Notes: generated by a model from the sequence alone, not told the origin. Shown: positions 28,661 to 40,240, counted from the first letter of the stretch. The stretch is DNA of 64,000 bases from an uncultured bacterium (GCA_963827235.1 CAWHAE010000016.1:256001-320000); one strand, 5' to 3'. Translations and numbers: made by a program.

Positions 28661-30478
28661 ATGAACCATCTCGACTTCACCTTTTCCGATACGATTGCCG
28701 GCTACGTCACCTCGTTCGATCAGGACTCGCGCACTTTTGGCATGAAGACCTCGGACGGCCGGCAATTCAACGTGAAGCTGAGCGACAACGCATACGCCGA
28801 GTTGATGCGCAACGCCGAGGAGCCATACGCGGACGCCACCGGCGCGATCACTCGCATGCTGGTACCCGGACGCTTCCTCTTTGCCTACGGCAGCTTCTAC
28901 CCGGAAGGGGAACTCTCCTACGAAGCCAAGCGCCTGATCTTCGTCGGCCGCGGGCCATCTGAGTACCTCTTCGAGAAGCCGGACTGGTGGATCAAACAGA
29001 TAGCCTCCGTCGGCGACTGCTACCTGAGGTGGCAGTTCGGCGAGCAGCCGATTGACTATCGCAACTACCGGACCATGATCAGCCTGACCGGTGGCAAGAA
29101 GAGGGACGACTTCCGGCAAGAGACCGACACCATCTCGCGCATGATCTACGGATTCGCATCGTGCTATTTGCTCACCGGGGAGGACCGGTTCCTGGAGGGC
29201 GCCGAGAAGGGCACGGAGTACCTGCGCGATCACATGCGCTTCGTCGACCGCGATGAAAACATTGTGTATTGGTACCACGGCATCGACGTGCACGGGAGCC
29301 GCGAGGACAAGGTGTTCGCCTCCGAGTTCGGCGATGACTACGACGCCATTCCGGCCTACGAGCAGATATACGCGCTGGCTGGTCCGATCCAGACATACCG
29401 GGTTACCGGGGATCCGCGCATCCTGTCCGACGCCGTGGCCACCATCGACCTGTTTGACAAGTTCTTCATCGACGACAAGGGCAAGGGGTACTTCTCGCAT
29501 ATCGACCCCATCACACTCGATCCGCGCGGTGAGAGCCTCGGTCGCAATCGCGCCAAGAAGAACTGGAACTCGGTCGGCGACCATGCGCCAGCCTATCTGG
29601 TAAATCTGTGGCTCGCCACGGGCGACGAGCGGTACGCGAAGATGCTCGACTACTGTGCGGACTGCATCGAGCAGTACTTCCCGGATGACGAGCACAGCCC
29701 CTTCGTGCAGGAGCGATTCTACGAAGACTGGAGCCACGACAAGACCTGGGGCTTCCAGCAGGATCGCGCGGTGGTTGGACACAACCTGAAGATCGCCTGG
29801 AACCTCACGCGCATCTACAACATGAATCCACAGGAGCGCTATGCCAAGCTGGCAAAGAAGATCGGCCACGTCATGCCTTCCGTGGGCTGCGACACGCAGC
29901 GTGGCGGCTGGTACGACATGGTCGAGCGCACGCTCAAACCGGGCGAGAAGTATCACCGCTTCTCATGGCACGACCGGAAGGCGTGGTGGCAGCAGGAACA
30001 GGCAATTCTCTGCTACCTGATTCTCGCCGGAACGTTCGGCGGCGACGAGAATCTCAAGCAGGCGCGCGAGGCTGCCGCGTTCTACAATGCCTACCACCTC
30101 GACCACGACGACGGCGGCGTGTACTTCAACGTGCTGGCCAGCGGCATTCCATACCTGGTGGGCACTGAGCGGTACAAAGGCAGCCACTCGATGAGCTTCT
30201 ACCACGCGTCGGAGCTCTGCTATTTGTCGGCAGTCTACATTAACCTGATGCTGACGAAGACGCCCATGGACTTCTACTTCAAGCCGTTGCCCGGCGCATT
30301 CCCAGGCAACGTGCTGCGCGTCTCGCCGGACATCCTGCCCCCCGGCAGCGTAAAGCTGACCTCCGTCTGGGTGGACGACGAGCCATACTCGGCCTTCGAT
30401 GCCGACGCCCTGACCGTGCAGCTACCCGACACTCGCGAGCAGGTGCGTGTGAAGGTGCAAATCACGCCGGTAGTCTAG
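28661..30478 (+). CDS. AGE (N-acylglucosamine 2-epimerase) family protein, long form with extra N- and C-terminal domains
   Basis: (alpha/alpha)6-barrel motifs SRMIYGFA, VGHNLKIAW, GGWYD, KAWWQQEQ, KGSHSMSFYH. Confidence 0.85.
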   Translation: MNHLDFTFSDTIAGYVTSFDQDSRTFGMKTSDGRQFNVKLSDNAYAELMRNAEEPYADATGAITRMLVPGRFLFAYGSFYPEGELSYEAKRLIFVGRGPSEYLFEKPDWWIKQIASVGDCYLRWQFGEQPIDYRNYRTMISLTGGKKRDDFRQETDTISRMIYGFASCYLLTGEDRFLEGAEKGTEYLRDHMRFVDRDENIVYWYHGIDVHGSREDKVFASEFGDDYDAIPAYEQIYALAGPIQTYRVTGDPRILSDAVATIDLFDKFFIDDKGKGYFSHIDPITLDPRGESLGRNRAKKNWNSVGDHAPAYLVNLWLATGDERYAKMLDYCADCIEQYFPDDEHSPFVQERFYEDWSHDKTWGFQQDRAVVGHNLKIAWNLTRIYNMNPQERYAKLAKKIGHVMPSVGCDTQRGGWYDMVERTLKPGEKYHRFSWHDRKAWWQQEQAILCYLILAGTFGGDENLKQAREAAAFYNAYHLDHDDGGVYFNVLASGIPYLVGTERYKGSHSMSFYHASELCYLSAVYINLMLTKTPMDFYFKPLPGAFPGNVLRVSPDILPPGSVKLTSVWVDDEPYSAFDADALTVQLPDTREQVRVKVQITPVV

Positions 30479-30543
30479 CCGGCGCGTACGATGCAACAGG
30501 TATTTGCGCATCACTGTTCGCGATTGCGCCGAGTGGGAGGGCG

Positions 30544-30885
30544 ATGATGGAGGTTCAGGTCAGCAACGCAGGTGGCGCCACCGTGGTAGTACTCTCCGGA
30601 GACATCGACGGCAGCACGGCGCCGATCGCTCAGGCGAAGATCCTCGAGCAGCTCGTGGCGGGCGAGGGGCTCATTCTGGACATGACTGCCGTGGCATACA
30701 TGTCAAGCGCCGGTTTGCGCATGATGCTATCGGCCCACAGGTCGGCGGCCGCCACGGGCGGCTCGGTTCGCCTTGTCGGCCTGTCCGAGGATTTGCAGGA
30801 CACCATGGCCGCTACAGGCTTCCTCGAGTTCTTCAATACGTATCCCACGGTCGCGGCGGCAGTCTCATCGCTGGGAAAGGGATAG
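30544..30885 (+). CDS. STAS-domain anti-sigma-factor antagonist (RsbV/SpoIIAA-like) 1
   Basis: LSGDIDGSTAP, LDMTAVAYMSSAGLR, TGF. Confidence 0.93.
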   Translation: MMEVQVSNAGGATVVVLSGDIDGSTAPIAQAKILEQLVAGEGLILDMTAVAYMSSAGLRMMLSAHRSAAATGGSVRLVGLSEDLQDTMAATGFLEFFNTYPTVAAAVSSLGKG

Positions 30886-30891
30886 CCGGCC

Positions 30892-33030
<2,139 letters not shown>

Positions 33031-33150
33031 TGCCGGCTGCTGGGCCGGCACGGTATCACGCCGCCCATGGCCGATTGATCGGCGGGCGTCAGTGTAACAG
33101 TTGAGCGTCATCGGCGGATGATCGGTGGCGCGGGGAATGGGAGGAAGACC

Positions 33151-33465
33151 ATGGCTTTTGAGGCAAAGCTCGAGATCGTCGGCGCCGAGGCACGGATCAC
33201 GCTCGCGGGCGAGCTCGACGCGAGTGCCGCTCCAGCGTTCCGAGAGAAGGTCGAGCAGGCGGCGGCCGGCCAGGTGAGCAAGCTGGTGATCATCATGTCC
33301 GATCTCTCATACATGGCCAGCGCCGGCTTGCGCGGCCTGATCTTCGCCAAGCAGAAGATGGGCGGCACGGTGGAGATCATCCTGGTAGGCATTCAGGAAG
33401 GCGTGAAAGAGACTCTGGAAATGACGGGCTTCCAGCACAGTGTGACAATGGTGGACGCCTACTAG
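33151..33465 (+). CDS. STAS-domain anti-sigma-factor antagonist 2
   Basis: LAGELDASAAP, LSYMASAGLR, MTGF; GGAGG RBS. Confidence 0.93.
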   Translation: MAFEAKLEIVGAEARITLAGELDASAAPAFREKVEQAAAGQVSKLVIIMSDLSYMASAGLRGLIFAKQKMGGTVEIILVGIQEGVKETLEMTGFQHSVTMVDAY

Positions 33466-33505
33466 GCGCGGCCCGACGGGACGCACAGGCGCAGGAGGCC
33501 ACAGC

Positions 33506-34417
33506 ATGATTGAAGCGAGTGCCGCGCAGCCGGCCATCGACCCGGCTAAGCGCGAGGAGGCGCTGCTCAAGATCGAGCGGGACATTCAGATCGGTCGCGA
33601 TATCCAGGCGAGCTTCTTGCCCAAGACCCTCCCCGAGGTGCCGGGCTGGGAACTGGCAGCGCAATTCGAGCCTGCACGGGAGGTCGCGGGCGATTTCTAC
33701 GACGCCTTTCCCCTCAACCAGGGGAGGCGCCTTGGCATCGTCATTGCCGACGTGTGCGATAAAGGAGTGGGCGCGGCGCTTTTCATGGCGCTGTTCCGCA
33801 GCCTGATACGCGCTTTCGCTCAGCAACACTACTCGCTTCGCTGGATGGGCGACGAGGAAACGGACTTTCTGAGCAGCCCGGTAGCGGACCGCCGTCGAGG
33901 AATACCATCCACCGGCACTACTGCGCTCAAGAATGCTATGTCCCTAACGAACAACTACATCATCACGAACCACGGCGATACCAGCATGTTTGCCACGATG
34001 TTCTTCGGCGTGCTGGACCCCGCGTCGGGCGTGCTCACGTACATCAACGGTGGTCACTGCCCGCCCTGGCTCTTCAACGAGGCCGGTGTGAAGCGCCGGC
34101 TTACTCCCACCGGCCCTGCCGTGGGCATGGTGCCGGACGTGGATTTCGCCATCCAGCAGGTGACCTTTGCGCCAGGGGACATGCTTCTGGCCTTTACCGA
34201 TGGCGTGCCGGAGGCACGCGACCCGGACGGTGCCTTCTTCACCGAAGCGCGGTTGCGCACACTGATCAACAACCCGATGGCGGCCACGGCGAAGGAGCTG
34301 GTGACGCGAGTACTCGCACAGCTGACCACGCACATTGGCACCGCAGTGCAGTTCGACGACATCACCATGCTCGCGGTACGTCGGGCTGCCGAAACGACTG
34401 CGTCGGACGCTCCCTGA
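33506..34417 (+). CDS. PP2C/SpoIIE-type Ser/Thr phosphatase without a sensor domain
   Basis: AGDFYD, IADVCDKG, FTDGVPEA, DDITML; only a short N-terminal coiled segment. Confidence 0.95.
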   Translation: MIEASAAQPAIDPAKREEALLKIERDIQIGRDIQASFLPKTLPEVPGWELAAQFEPAREVAGDFYDAFPLNQGRRLGIVIADVCDKGVGAALFMALFRSLIRAFAQQHYSLRWMGDEETDFLSSPVADRRRGIPSTGTTALKNAMSLTNNYIITNHGDTSMFATMFFGVLDPASGVLTYINGGHCPPWLFNEAGVKRRLTPTGPAVGMVPDVDFAIQQVTFAPGDMLLAFTDGVPEARDPDGAFFTEARLRTLINNPMAATAKELVTRVLAQLTTHIGTAVQFDDITMLAVRRAAETTASDAP

Positions 34418-34479
34418 GAATGTATGCTGGCGCCGACATTGCCGGAGGCCCGAGACTTGAAGTCTCAAAGGAGACCATC

Positions 34480-34908
34480 GTGGACCGACTGACGCTACCT
34501 GGCACGCTGGATTCACTGGAAGCCATCGGTCAGCTCGTCCTGAGCGCGGCTAGCGAGGCCGGCCTCGACCGCAAAGCATCGTACCGCCTGCGGCTGGCGG
34601 TAGACGAGATCGCCACCAACATAGTCGTCCACGGCTATGACGAAGCGGGCCGGCAAGGCCCGATAGACATCTGGGTTGAGCTGGACGATGCGGAGCTACG
34701 CGTGTGCATGGAGGACGCGGCCCTCCCGTTCGATCCGCACGAGGCGCGCAAGCCTGCCGGCATGGATAGGCCCCTGGAGGAACGCCAAATCGGCGGTCTT
34801 GGCGTCTTCCTTGCCCTGCGTGGAGTCGACGATCTGCGCTACGAGCGGGCAGGAGAGCGAAACCGCAACGTCATCGTCGTGCATCGACCGCAGGCGCCGG
34901 CGCAGTAG
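34480..34908 (+). CDS. RsbW/SpoIIAB-like anti-sigma factor Ser kinase (HATPase_c_2)
   Basis: LAVDEIATNIVVHG, PFDP, IGGLGVFL; GTG start after AAGGAG. Confidence 0.93.
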   Translation: MDRLTLPGTLDSLEAIGQLVLSAASEAGLDRKASYRLRLAVDEIATNIVVHGYDEAGRQGPIDIWVELDDAELRVCMEDAALPFDPHEARKPAGMDRPLEERQIGGLGVFLALRGVDDLRYERAGERNRNVIVVHRPQAPAQ

Positions 34909-34938
34909 CCGGGTCCGCGCTCAGGAGAGGGAAAGCCA

Positions 34939-35694
34939 ATGCCTCGCATTATCTCGGTCCACAGCTACCGCGGAGGTACGGGAAAGTCGAACACCTCGGC
35001 GAATATGGCCGCGTTGCTGGCCGTGCGCGGGCAGCGCGTGGGCATCGTCGACACGGACATACTGTCGCCCGGCGTCCACGTGCTATTCGGTATGTCGCAG
35101 GACCCAACCGGCCCGGTGCTCAACGACTACCTCTGGGGCAAGTGCGAAATCAAGGACGCCGCCTACGATGTGACTGCCACGCTGTCCGCCGATGTGCGCG
35201 GCAAGGTGTTCCTGGTGCCGGCGAGCGTGCAGGCCAACAACATCGCACGCATCCTGCGTGAAGGATACGACGTCGGTCTGCTGAACGACGGGTTCAACGC
35301 TCTGGTCCGCGACCTCAAGCTGGATGCGCTGATCATCGATACTCACCCGGGGCTCAACGAGGAGACTCTGCTGTCCATCGCCATCTCCGACGTGCTCCTG
35401 ATCGTGCTACGGCCGGACTTGCAGGACTACCAGGGCACCGGCGTCACGGTGCAGGTGGCCCGCAAGCTGAGCGTTCCTCTCCTGCTACTGGTGGTGAACA
35501 AGTGCCCATCCAGCCTGGACCCGGACGCGGTACGAAAGCGCGTGCAGCAGGCCTACAACTGCGAGGTTGCTGCCGTGTTCCCCCACTCAGACGAGATCAT
35601 GACGCTTGCCAGCGGCGGCGTGTTTGTCCTCAAGTACCCTGACTTGCCCGTCACGGCCAGCTTCAAACACATGGTAGATCGCGTCCTTGAATAA
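34939..35694 (+). CDS. MinD/ParA family ATPase (non-division type)
   Basis: HSYRGGTGKS deviant Walker A, VDTD, IIDTHPG, VVNK. Confidence 0.92.
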   Translation: MPRIISVHSYRGGTGKSNTSANMAALLAVRGQRVGIVDTDILSPGVHVLFGMSQDPTGPVLNDYLWGKCEIKDAAYDVTATLSADVRGKVFLVPASVQANNIARILREGYDVGLLNDGFNALVRDLKLDALIIDTHPGLNEETLLSIAISDVLLIVLRPDLQDYQGTGVTVQVARKLSVPLLLLVVNKCPSSLDPDAVRKRVQQAYNCEVAAVFPHSDEIMTLASGGVFVLKYPDLPVTASFKHMVDRVLE

Positions 35695-35749
35695 CGGCTG
35701 CCGGCGAGCGCGCGCCCAGGCGCGTGGCTCTAGTGGGAGGGCTTCCGGC

Positions 35750-36100
35750 ATGCGTGCTGCCGAGATCCAGGATTGGTTCGAACGTACCTTGGACCAGCAA
35801 CGGGCAGGAGGCGTGACCGCAATCGACCTGCTTGACCTGCCGCCCGTACTGAACCAGATTCTGCGCGTGCTTCTCGCGCATGGGCCCATGACGGCTGCGC
35901 AGATGCGGGCGGCGCTTGCCGCCCTGCCCGACACGCTGTGGCTCGACAACAGCGATCTGTCATTGGCCCTCGACGGTCTCATTGAACGGCATTGGCTGCT
36001 CTGCGACTCCGGCGCGGCGGATCCGGTGTACCGGGTGAACCTTCGCGCGAAGGCCAGGATTAGCGCTGTGACAAAGGGAAGGGAGGCGCTCGATTTCTAG
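35750..36100 (+). CDS. Small hypothetical protein, probable winged-helix fold, with basic ...LDF tail
   Basis: GGGAGG RBS; ILRVLLAHGPMT...ALDGLIERHWL helix pattern; lies inside the operon. Confidence 0.7.
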   Translation: MRAAEIQDWFERTLDQQRAGGVTAIDLLDLPPVLNQILRVLLAHGPMTAAQMRAALAALPDTLWLDNSDLSLALDGLIERHWLLCDSGAADPVYRVNLRAKARISAVTKGREALDF

Positions 36101-36125
36101 CCTCCGGCTCAAAACCTTCGGGCAG

Positions 36126-37478
36126 ATGCTCAACGTCAGGCGCGGCGAATGGCCGGTACTTGGCAGGTTCTTGTTGCTGTTCGGCATCTTGAACCTGCTC
36201 ACCGATAGTGTGGACGTGCTGGCGACCAGCGATTATGTGCTCAACGTCGGCACCGACGCCATCCCGGTCATATGGTCCGCGGTCACCATTATGCTCGTTG
36301 TGGTCTCGGCCGCCTACACACTGATCGCCGATCGCTTCGCTCGCCGTGTCGTGCTTCGCATTCTGCTTGCTGCTTTTGGCCTCGCCTTCGTCGTGCTCTG
36401 GGCTCTGCTGGCCGACTCGCTCCTGCCCAAGCCGTTGCTCTACAACGCGCTCTATCTGCTGGATAACGTGCAGCTGATCGTGTTGCCGCTGGCTTTTTGG
36501 CCGGTGGCGAGCGATCACTACAACGTGGCAAACAGCACCAGGCTGTTTCCGGCCATCGCGCTGGCAGGACTCGTGGGCAAGATCCTGGGCAACTGGCTTG
36601 GCGGCGTCTCCGTGGCCTGGTTCAGCTCTCGCGGCTTGAACGGGAACGATGCCCTCCTGATCGCCAGCGGCGTGCTGCTGCTGGCCGCGGCGTTGATCCC
36701 GGCTCTCGTGCCGGCGCCACGAGCTTCGGAGAACGGATCACCGACGGCAAAGCTCGACATTATGGAGACTCTTCGCGAGGGCATGGACTTCGTGCGCGAA
36801 GTGCCCCTCTTTCGTTACCTGGCAATCGTGTTCTTCCTCAACCAACTGGTGATCACGGTGCTCGACTACCAGTACCTGGTGGTCGGCCACCAGCTGTTCC
36901 CCAGGGGCGCGGACTTCAGTGAGTTCTTCGGCAATTTGCGAGCCCTCTGGAACGTCACTGCCCTGGCCATGCAGATCATGATCGTCAGTCGCCTCAGCGA
37001 GCGACTGGGACCGAAGAACATCTTCTTCCTGGTGCCGGGCGTGTTGGTGGCCGGAATGGCCTTATCAGCTGCCGTATACGGGTTTATGAGCCTTGTTGTG
37101 GCTCGGGCCAGCGTGATCGCCAGTCGTTTCGCCTCCAACGTGCTGGCCACGACTTTCGAGAGGCCAGCGCGGAAGGCGGTGCAGGGCCTGGTGCCGGAGG
37201 GCAAGCGTGGGCGGGTAACGACATTCATCGACAGCTTCCTCTTCGCGATCGCTCAGATCATTGGCTGTGCCGTCCTGGGCGCGGGTGTTCTGCTGCGCCG
37301 CTCAGGCGCGCTGAGCCCAACTGCGGTGGCGATTGGCTACATGCTGATCGGAGCGGTGTGTGCCGTGCTCGCCGTCTACTTCGTGACCCGCCTGCGGGCC
37401 ACCTACGACGCCAGCCTGGTGAATTGGCGCCTGGCCAGGCGCAAACGCGGATCGGCGGTCGCCGGTCTCGATTTCTAG
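36126..37478 (+). CDS. Npt1/Npt2 (TLC, ATP/ADP translocase)-like MFS transporter
   Basis: About 12 TM helices; FWPVASDHYN...RLFPAI, DYQY, ERPARKAVQGLVPEGKRGRVTTFID. Confidence 0.75.
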   Translation: MLNVRRGEWPVLGRFLLLFGILNLLTDSVDVLATSDYVLNVGTDAIPVIWSAVTIMLVVVSAAYTLIADRFARRVVLRILLAAFGLAFVVLWALLADSLLPKPLLYNALYLLDNVQLIVLPLAFWPVASDHYNVANSTRLFPAIALAGLVGKILGNWLGGVSVAWFSSRGLNGNDALLIASGVLLLAAALIPALVPAPRASENGSPTAKLDIMETLREGMDFVREVPLFRYLAIVFFLNQLVITVLDYQYLVVGHQLFPRGADFSEFFGNLRALWNVTALAMQIMIVSRLSERLGPKNIFFLVPGVLVAGMALSAAVYGFMSLVVARASVIASRFASNVLATTFERPARKAVQGLVPEGKRGRVTTFIDSFLFAIAQIIGCAVLGAGVLLRRSGALSPTAVAIGYMLIGAVCAVLAVYFVTRLRATYDASLVNWRLARRKRGSAVAGLDF

Positions 37479-37543
37479 GGCACGGGTACCGGCGATTGTG
37501 GGACGGGCCTGACACGCTATATCGAACTTGAGGAGTAGGGAAG

Positions 37544-38599
37544 ATGCAAGGCATCGCGGGGAGCATCCTGAAACGAGCCGCCTGGCTGCCGGCGGCGATC
37601 ACCTGGAGCGTTCGACCGATCATGGCACGGGTCAGCCTGCGGATCCAGCTCCTGGCGGTTTTCATGCTCCTGTTTGCCGTCGCCTTCGGCGGCACAGCCT
37701 ACTTCTTCTACAACACCTCCAGCGACCAGGCCATGAAGGTGCTGCGCAACGACCTGAACGGCAGCGCCACCGAGCTGGCGTCGCAGCTGAACGCGGTGAC
37801 TTTGACCAAGATCCTGACTACCAAGCAGATGACCACCGATTACAAGGCGGAGCAGGATCAGCTGCTCTACCTCAAGGCATCCGATCCCAAGATCTACGGC
37901 GCCTATATCTTCACCCGCAATCCGCAGGATCCCAAGACCATGCTCTGGATCGTCAGCTCAAATCTGCATCCTTCAAAGCGATGCCGGCCCGTCCCGGGCT
38001 GCGTGTATGACCCCAAGAGCCACCTGGCTGAGATGGCAGCCGGATTCGCGCAGCCCACCACGAGCCCCAGCATCTACAGCGACGTATATGGATCCTGGCT
38101 GTCCGGGTATGCGCCTGTTCGCGACACCAAAGGGAGCACGGTAGCGATTGCCGAAGTGGACATGACGGCTCAATCGGTGATCAACGTGCAGAACAACATC
38201 AAGGACGCCAGCGTGCGCGTGTTCATCATTGTGCTGATCTGTCTACTGGCGATCATCCCCCTGATGGCAGCCGTAATCACCAACCCGCTCAAGATCGTCA
38301 CCCTGGCTGCGCGCGCTCTCGAGCTCGGCACTTCTCCGGATCGCACCAGACTGCAGCGTGCCACGAAAGGCCATGACGAGGTCAGCCAGCTCGCGGGCGT
38401 GTTCAGCCGAATGGCCGACGAGGTGGAGGCCCGTGAACAGAAGTTGAAGCGGCAGGTAGAGGAGCTCAAGATCGAGATCGACCTGAGCAAGCAGCAAAAA
38501 GAGGTGGCGGAGATCACGGAGACCGACTTCTTCCGCGAGCTCCAGCAGAAGGCACAGCGATATCGCGCCCGCGCCGGGGATCCGGCGCCCGCAATCTAG
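37544..38599 (+). CDS. Two-TM sensor (Cache-like extracellular domain + HAMP) with no catalytic output domain
   Basis: YSDVYGSWLSGYAPVRD; HAMP motif DEVSQLAGVFSRMA; ends in coiled coil LKIEID...EITETDFFRELQQKA. Confidence 0.88.
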   Translation: MQGIAGSILKRAAWLPAAITWSVRPIMARVSLRIQLLAVFMLLFAVAFGGTAYFFYNTSSDQAMKVLRNDLNGSATELASQLNAVTLTKILTTKQMTTDYKAEQDQLLYLKASDPKIYGAYIFTRNPQDPKTMLWIVSSNLHPSKRCRPVPGCVYDPKSHLAEMAAGFAQPTTSPSIYSDVYGSWLSGYAPVRDTKGSTVAIAEVDMTAQSVINVQNNIKDASVRVFIIVLICLLAIIPLMAAVITNPLKIVTLAARALELGTSPDRTRLQRATKGHDEVSQLAGVFSRMADEVEAREQKLKRQVEELKIEIDLSKQQKEVAEITETDFFRELQQKAQRYRARAGDPAPAI

Positions 38600-38675
38600 G
38601 CCGGCCAGCCAAGAGCCGACCGTTCGGCCGCCCGCGAAAGCGGCGTTGACGTACTAGCGAGGACCAGAGGTTTGC

Positions 38676-39206
38676 ATGACCACCCTAGTTGAACTGGACC
38701 CGGCAGTGGCCGAAGCGCAGCACATCGCCTCGCGCCAAACGCTGCGACTGCGCGAGGCTACAGCGGACGATCGGGAGCGGCTCTGGGAGTTTATTTCCGG
38801 TTCGGGCCTGCAGGCCGCGGGCACACTCGAGCCTGGTAGCCGCTTCTGGTTGATGGAGAACGGCGAGGGCAGGATAGTAGCGAGCACCGGCATCGAATAC
38901 GGCTCGGGAGCAGTGCTCCTACGCAGCACGGCCGTGGATCGCAGCCTCCGGCACCGCGGTCTGGCCCTTGCCTTCTACGAGTTCCGCTTTGCCGTAGCCA
39001 TGGCCGAGGGGTATAGAGTGGCCTACGGCTTTTGCGACACGCCGTCGTTCATGCTGCGCACGGGCTGGCGCGCCGTGTCCGTTCAGGAAGTGGTGGACGC
39101 GCTCCCGGATAGTCACCAGGTCCGGCACTTCGACCGCATCGGCTGGTTGCCGAACGAACATGCCTTCCGCCGCGACTTGGTCACCAGATGGGACGAAAGG
39201 CCGTAG
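38676..39206 (+). CDS. GNAT family N-acetyltransferase (ArgA/ArsN-like)
   Basis: LLRSTAVDRSLRHRGLA motif A. Confidence 0.82.
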   Translation: MTTLVELDPAVAEAQHIASRQTLRLREATADDRERLWEFISGSGLQAAGTLEPGSRFWLMENGEGRIVASTGIEYGSGAVLLRSTAVDRSLRHRGLALAFYEFRFAVAMAEGYRVAYGFCDTPSFMLRTGWRAVSVQEVVDALPDSHQVRHFDRIGWLPNEHAFRRDLVTRWDERP

Positions 39207-39321
39207 ATAGCGCGGCCGAGGGCTGGGTCGAGATGCCATTCAATGGGGTAGAGCGGTCACACATGATTCAACGGTCTCGCAGAGTGCGGGGTTCGAAGGT
39301 CGAGTGAAGAGAGGTTCTAGG

Positions 39322-40143
39322 GTGAAACGCATCTTGGTGGTACTTTCGGAGTTCGGATTCTGGGGCGAAGAGCTGGTTGGGCCAATCGAGGTGCTGGACA
39401 AAGCAGGCTACGAGACGGTCTTCATGACGCCCAAGGGCCAGCGCGCGCACGCACTTCCGCCCAGCATGGAAGCCGGCTACCTCGATCCGCCGCTGGGTAA
39501 GGTCGTGACGGATGAGCATTTCGCCGCCGCGACGCGTGCTATCGACGCCTCGTCCCGCCTCGACAATCCGATCAATCTCGCGGCATGGTTCCCGGAGCGT
39601 CCCTATTTCAACGCACCGGACTTCGGGCATGCACTGGAAGCCTACTACGCGCGAAGGGATGCCTGCTGGAAGGAGCTTCAGCAGTATGATGCATTGCTTC
39701 TTGTGGGCGGCAGCGGGCCAATCGTGGACATGGTCAACAACCAGCGCTTGCACGACGCGATCCTGGGATTTGTCGCCGCGGACAAGCTGATCGCCGCCGA
39801 ATGCTACGGCGTGGCCTGCCTTGCCTTCGCCCGCGACTGGACGGACCGCAAGAGCATCATCTGGGGCAAACACGTAACCGGCCATGCCCTGGAATACGAC
39901 TACAAGGACGGCACGGGATTCCTGAACGCCGATATCAACATGGGTCCGCCGCCGTACCCGCTCGAGCTCATCTTGCGCGATGCCACCGGGCCTGACGGCC
40001 GATACCACGGCGGCGTGGGGCACACCCTGTCGACCATTCTCGACTTCCCCTTCCTGACCGGCCGATCCACGCAGGATTCGCATCTGGTGGGTGAACTGAT
40101 CGTGCATGTGCTGGAAAAGGGAGTGAAGCGTTTCGGCTGGTAG
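39322..40143 (+). CDS. DJ-1/PfpI (class I glutamine-amidotransferase-like; Hsp31-like) protein
   Basis: GFWGEEL, LLVGGSGP, nucleophile elbow AAECYG. Confidence 0.85.
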   Translation: MKRILVVLSEFGFWGEELVGPIEVLDKAGYETVFMTPKGQRAHALPPSMEAGYLDPPLGKVVTDEHFAAATRAIDASSRLDNPINLAAWFPERPYFNAPDFGHALEAYYARRDACWKELQQYDALLLVGGSGPIVDMVNNQRLHDAILGFVAADKLIAAECYGVACLAFARDWTDRKSIIWGKHVTGHALEYDYKDGTGFLNADINMGPPPYPLELILRDATGPDGRYHGGVGHTLSTILDFPFLTGRSTQDSHLVGELIVHVLEKGVKRFGW

Positions 40144-40240
40144 CAGGCCATGGTGCTGCGAGGACGACCTCGGTCGCCATCGCTTAGCAGAACCCATCCG
40201 TTGGACGGCGCGGCCAGGCGCGTGTGGGAGGTGAGGCGTC

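Noticed and set aside
34939-35694. Cell-division minD or partition parA
   Set aside because: No minC, minE or parB; no membrane-targeting helix; non-canonical Walker A.
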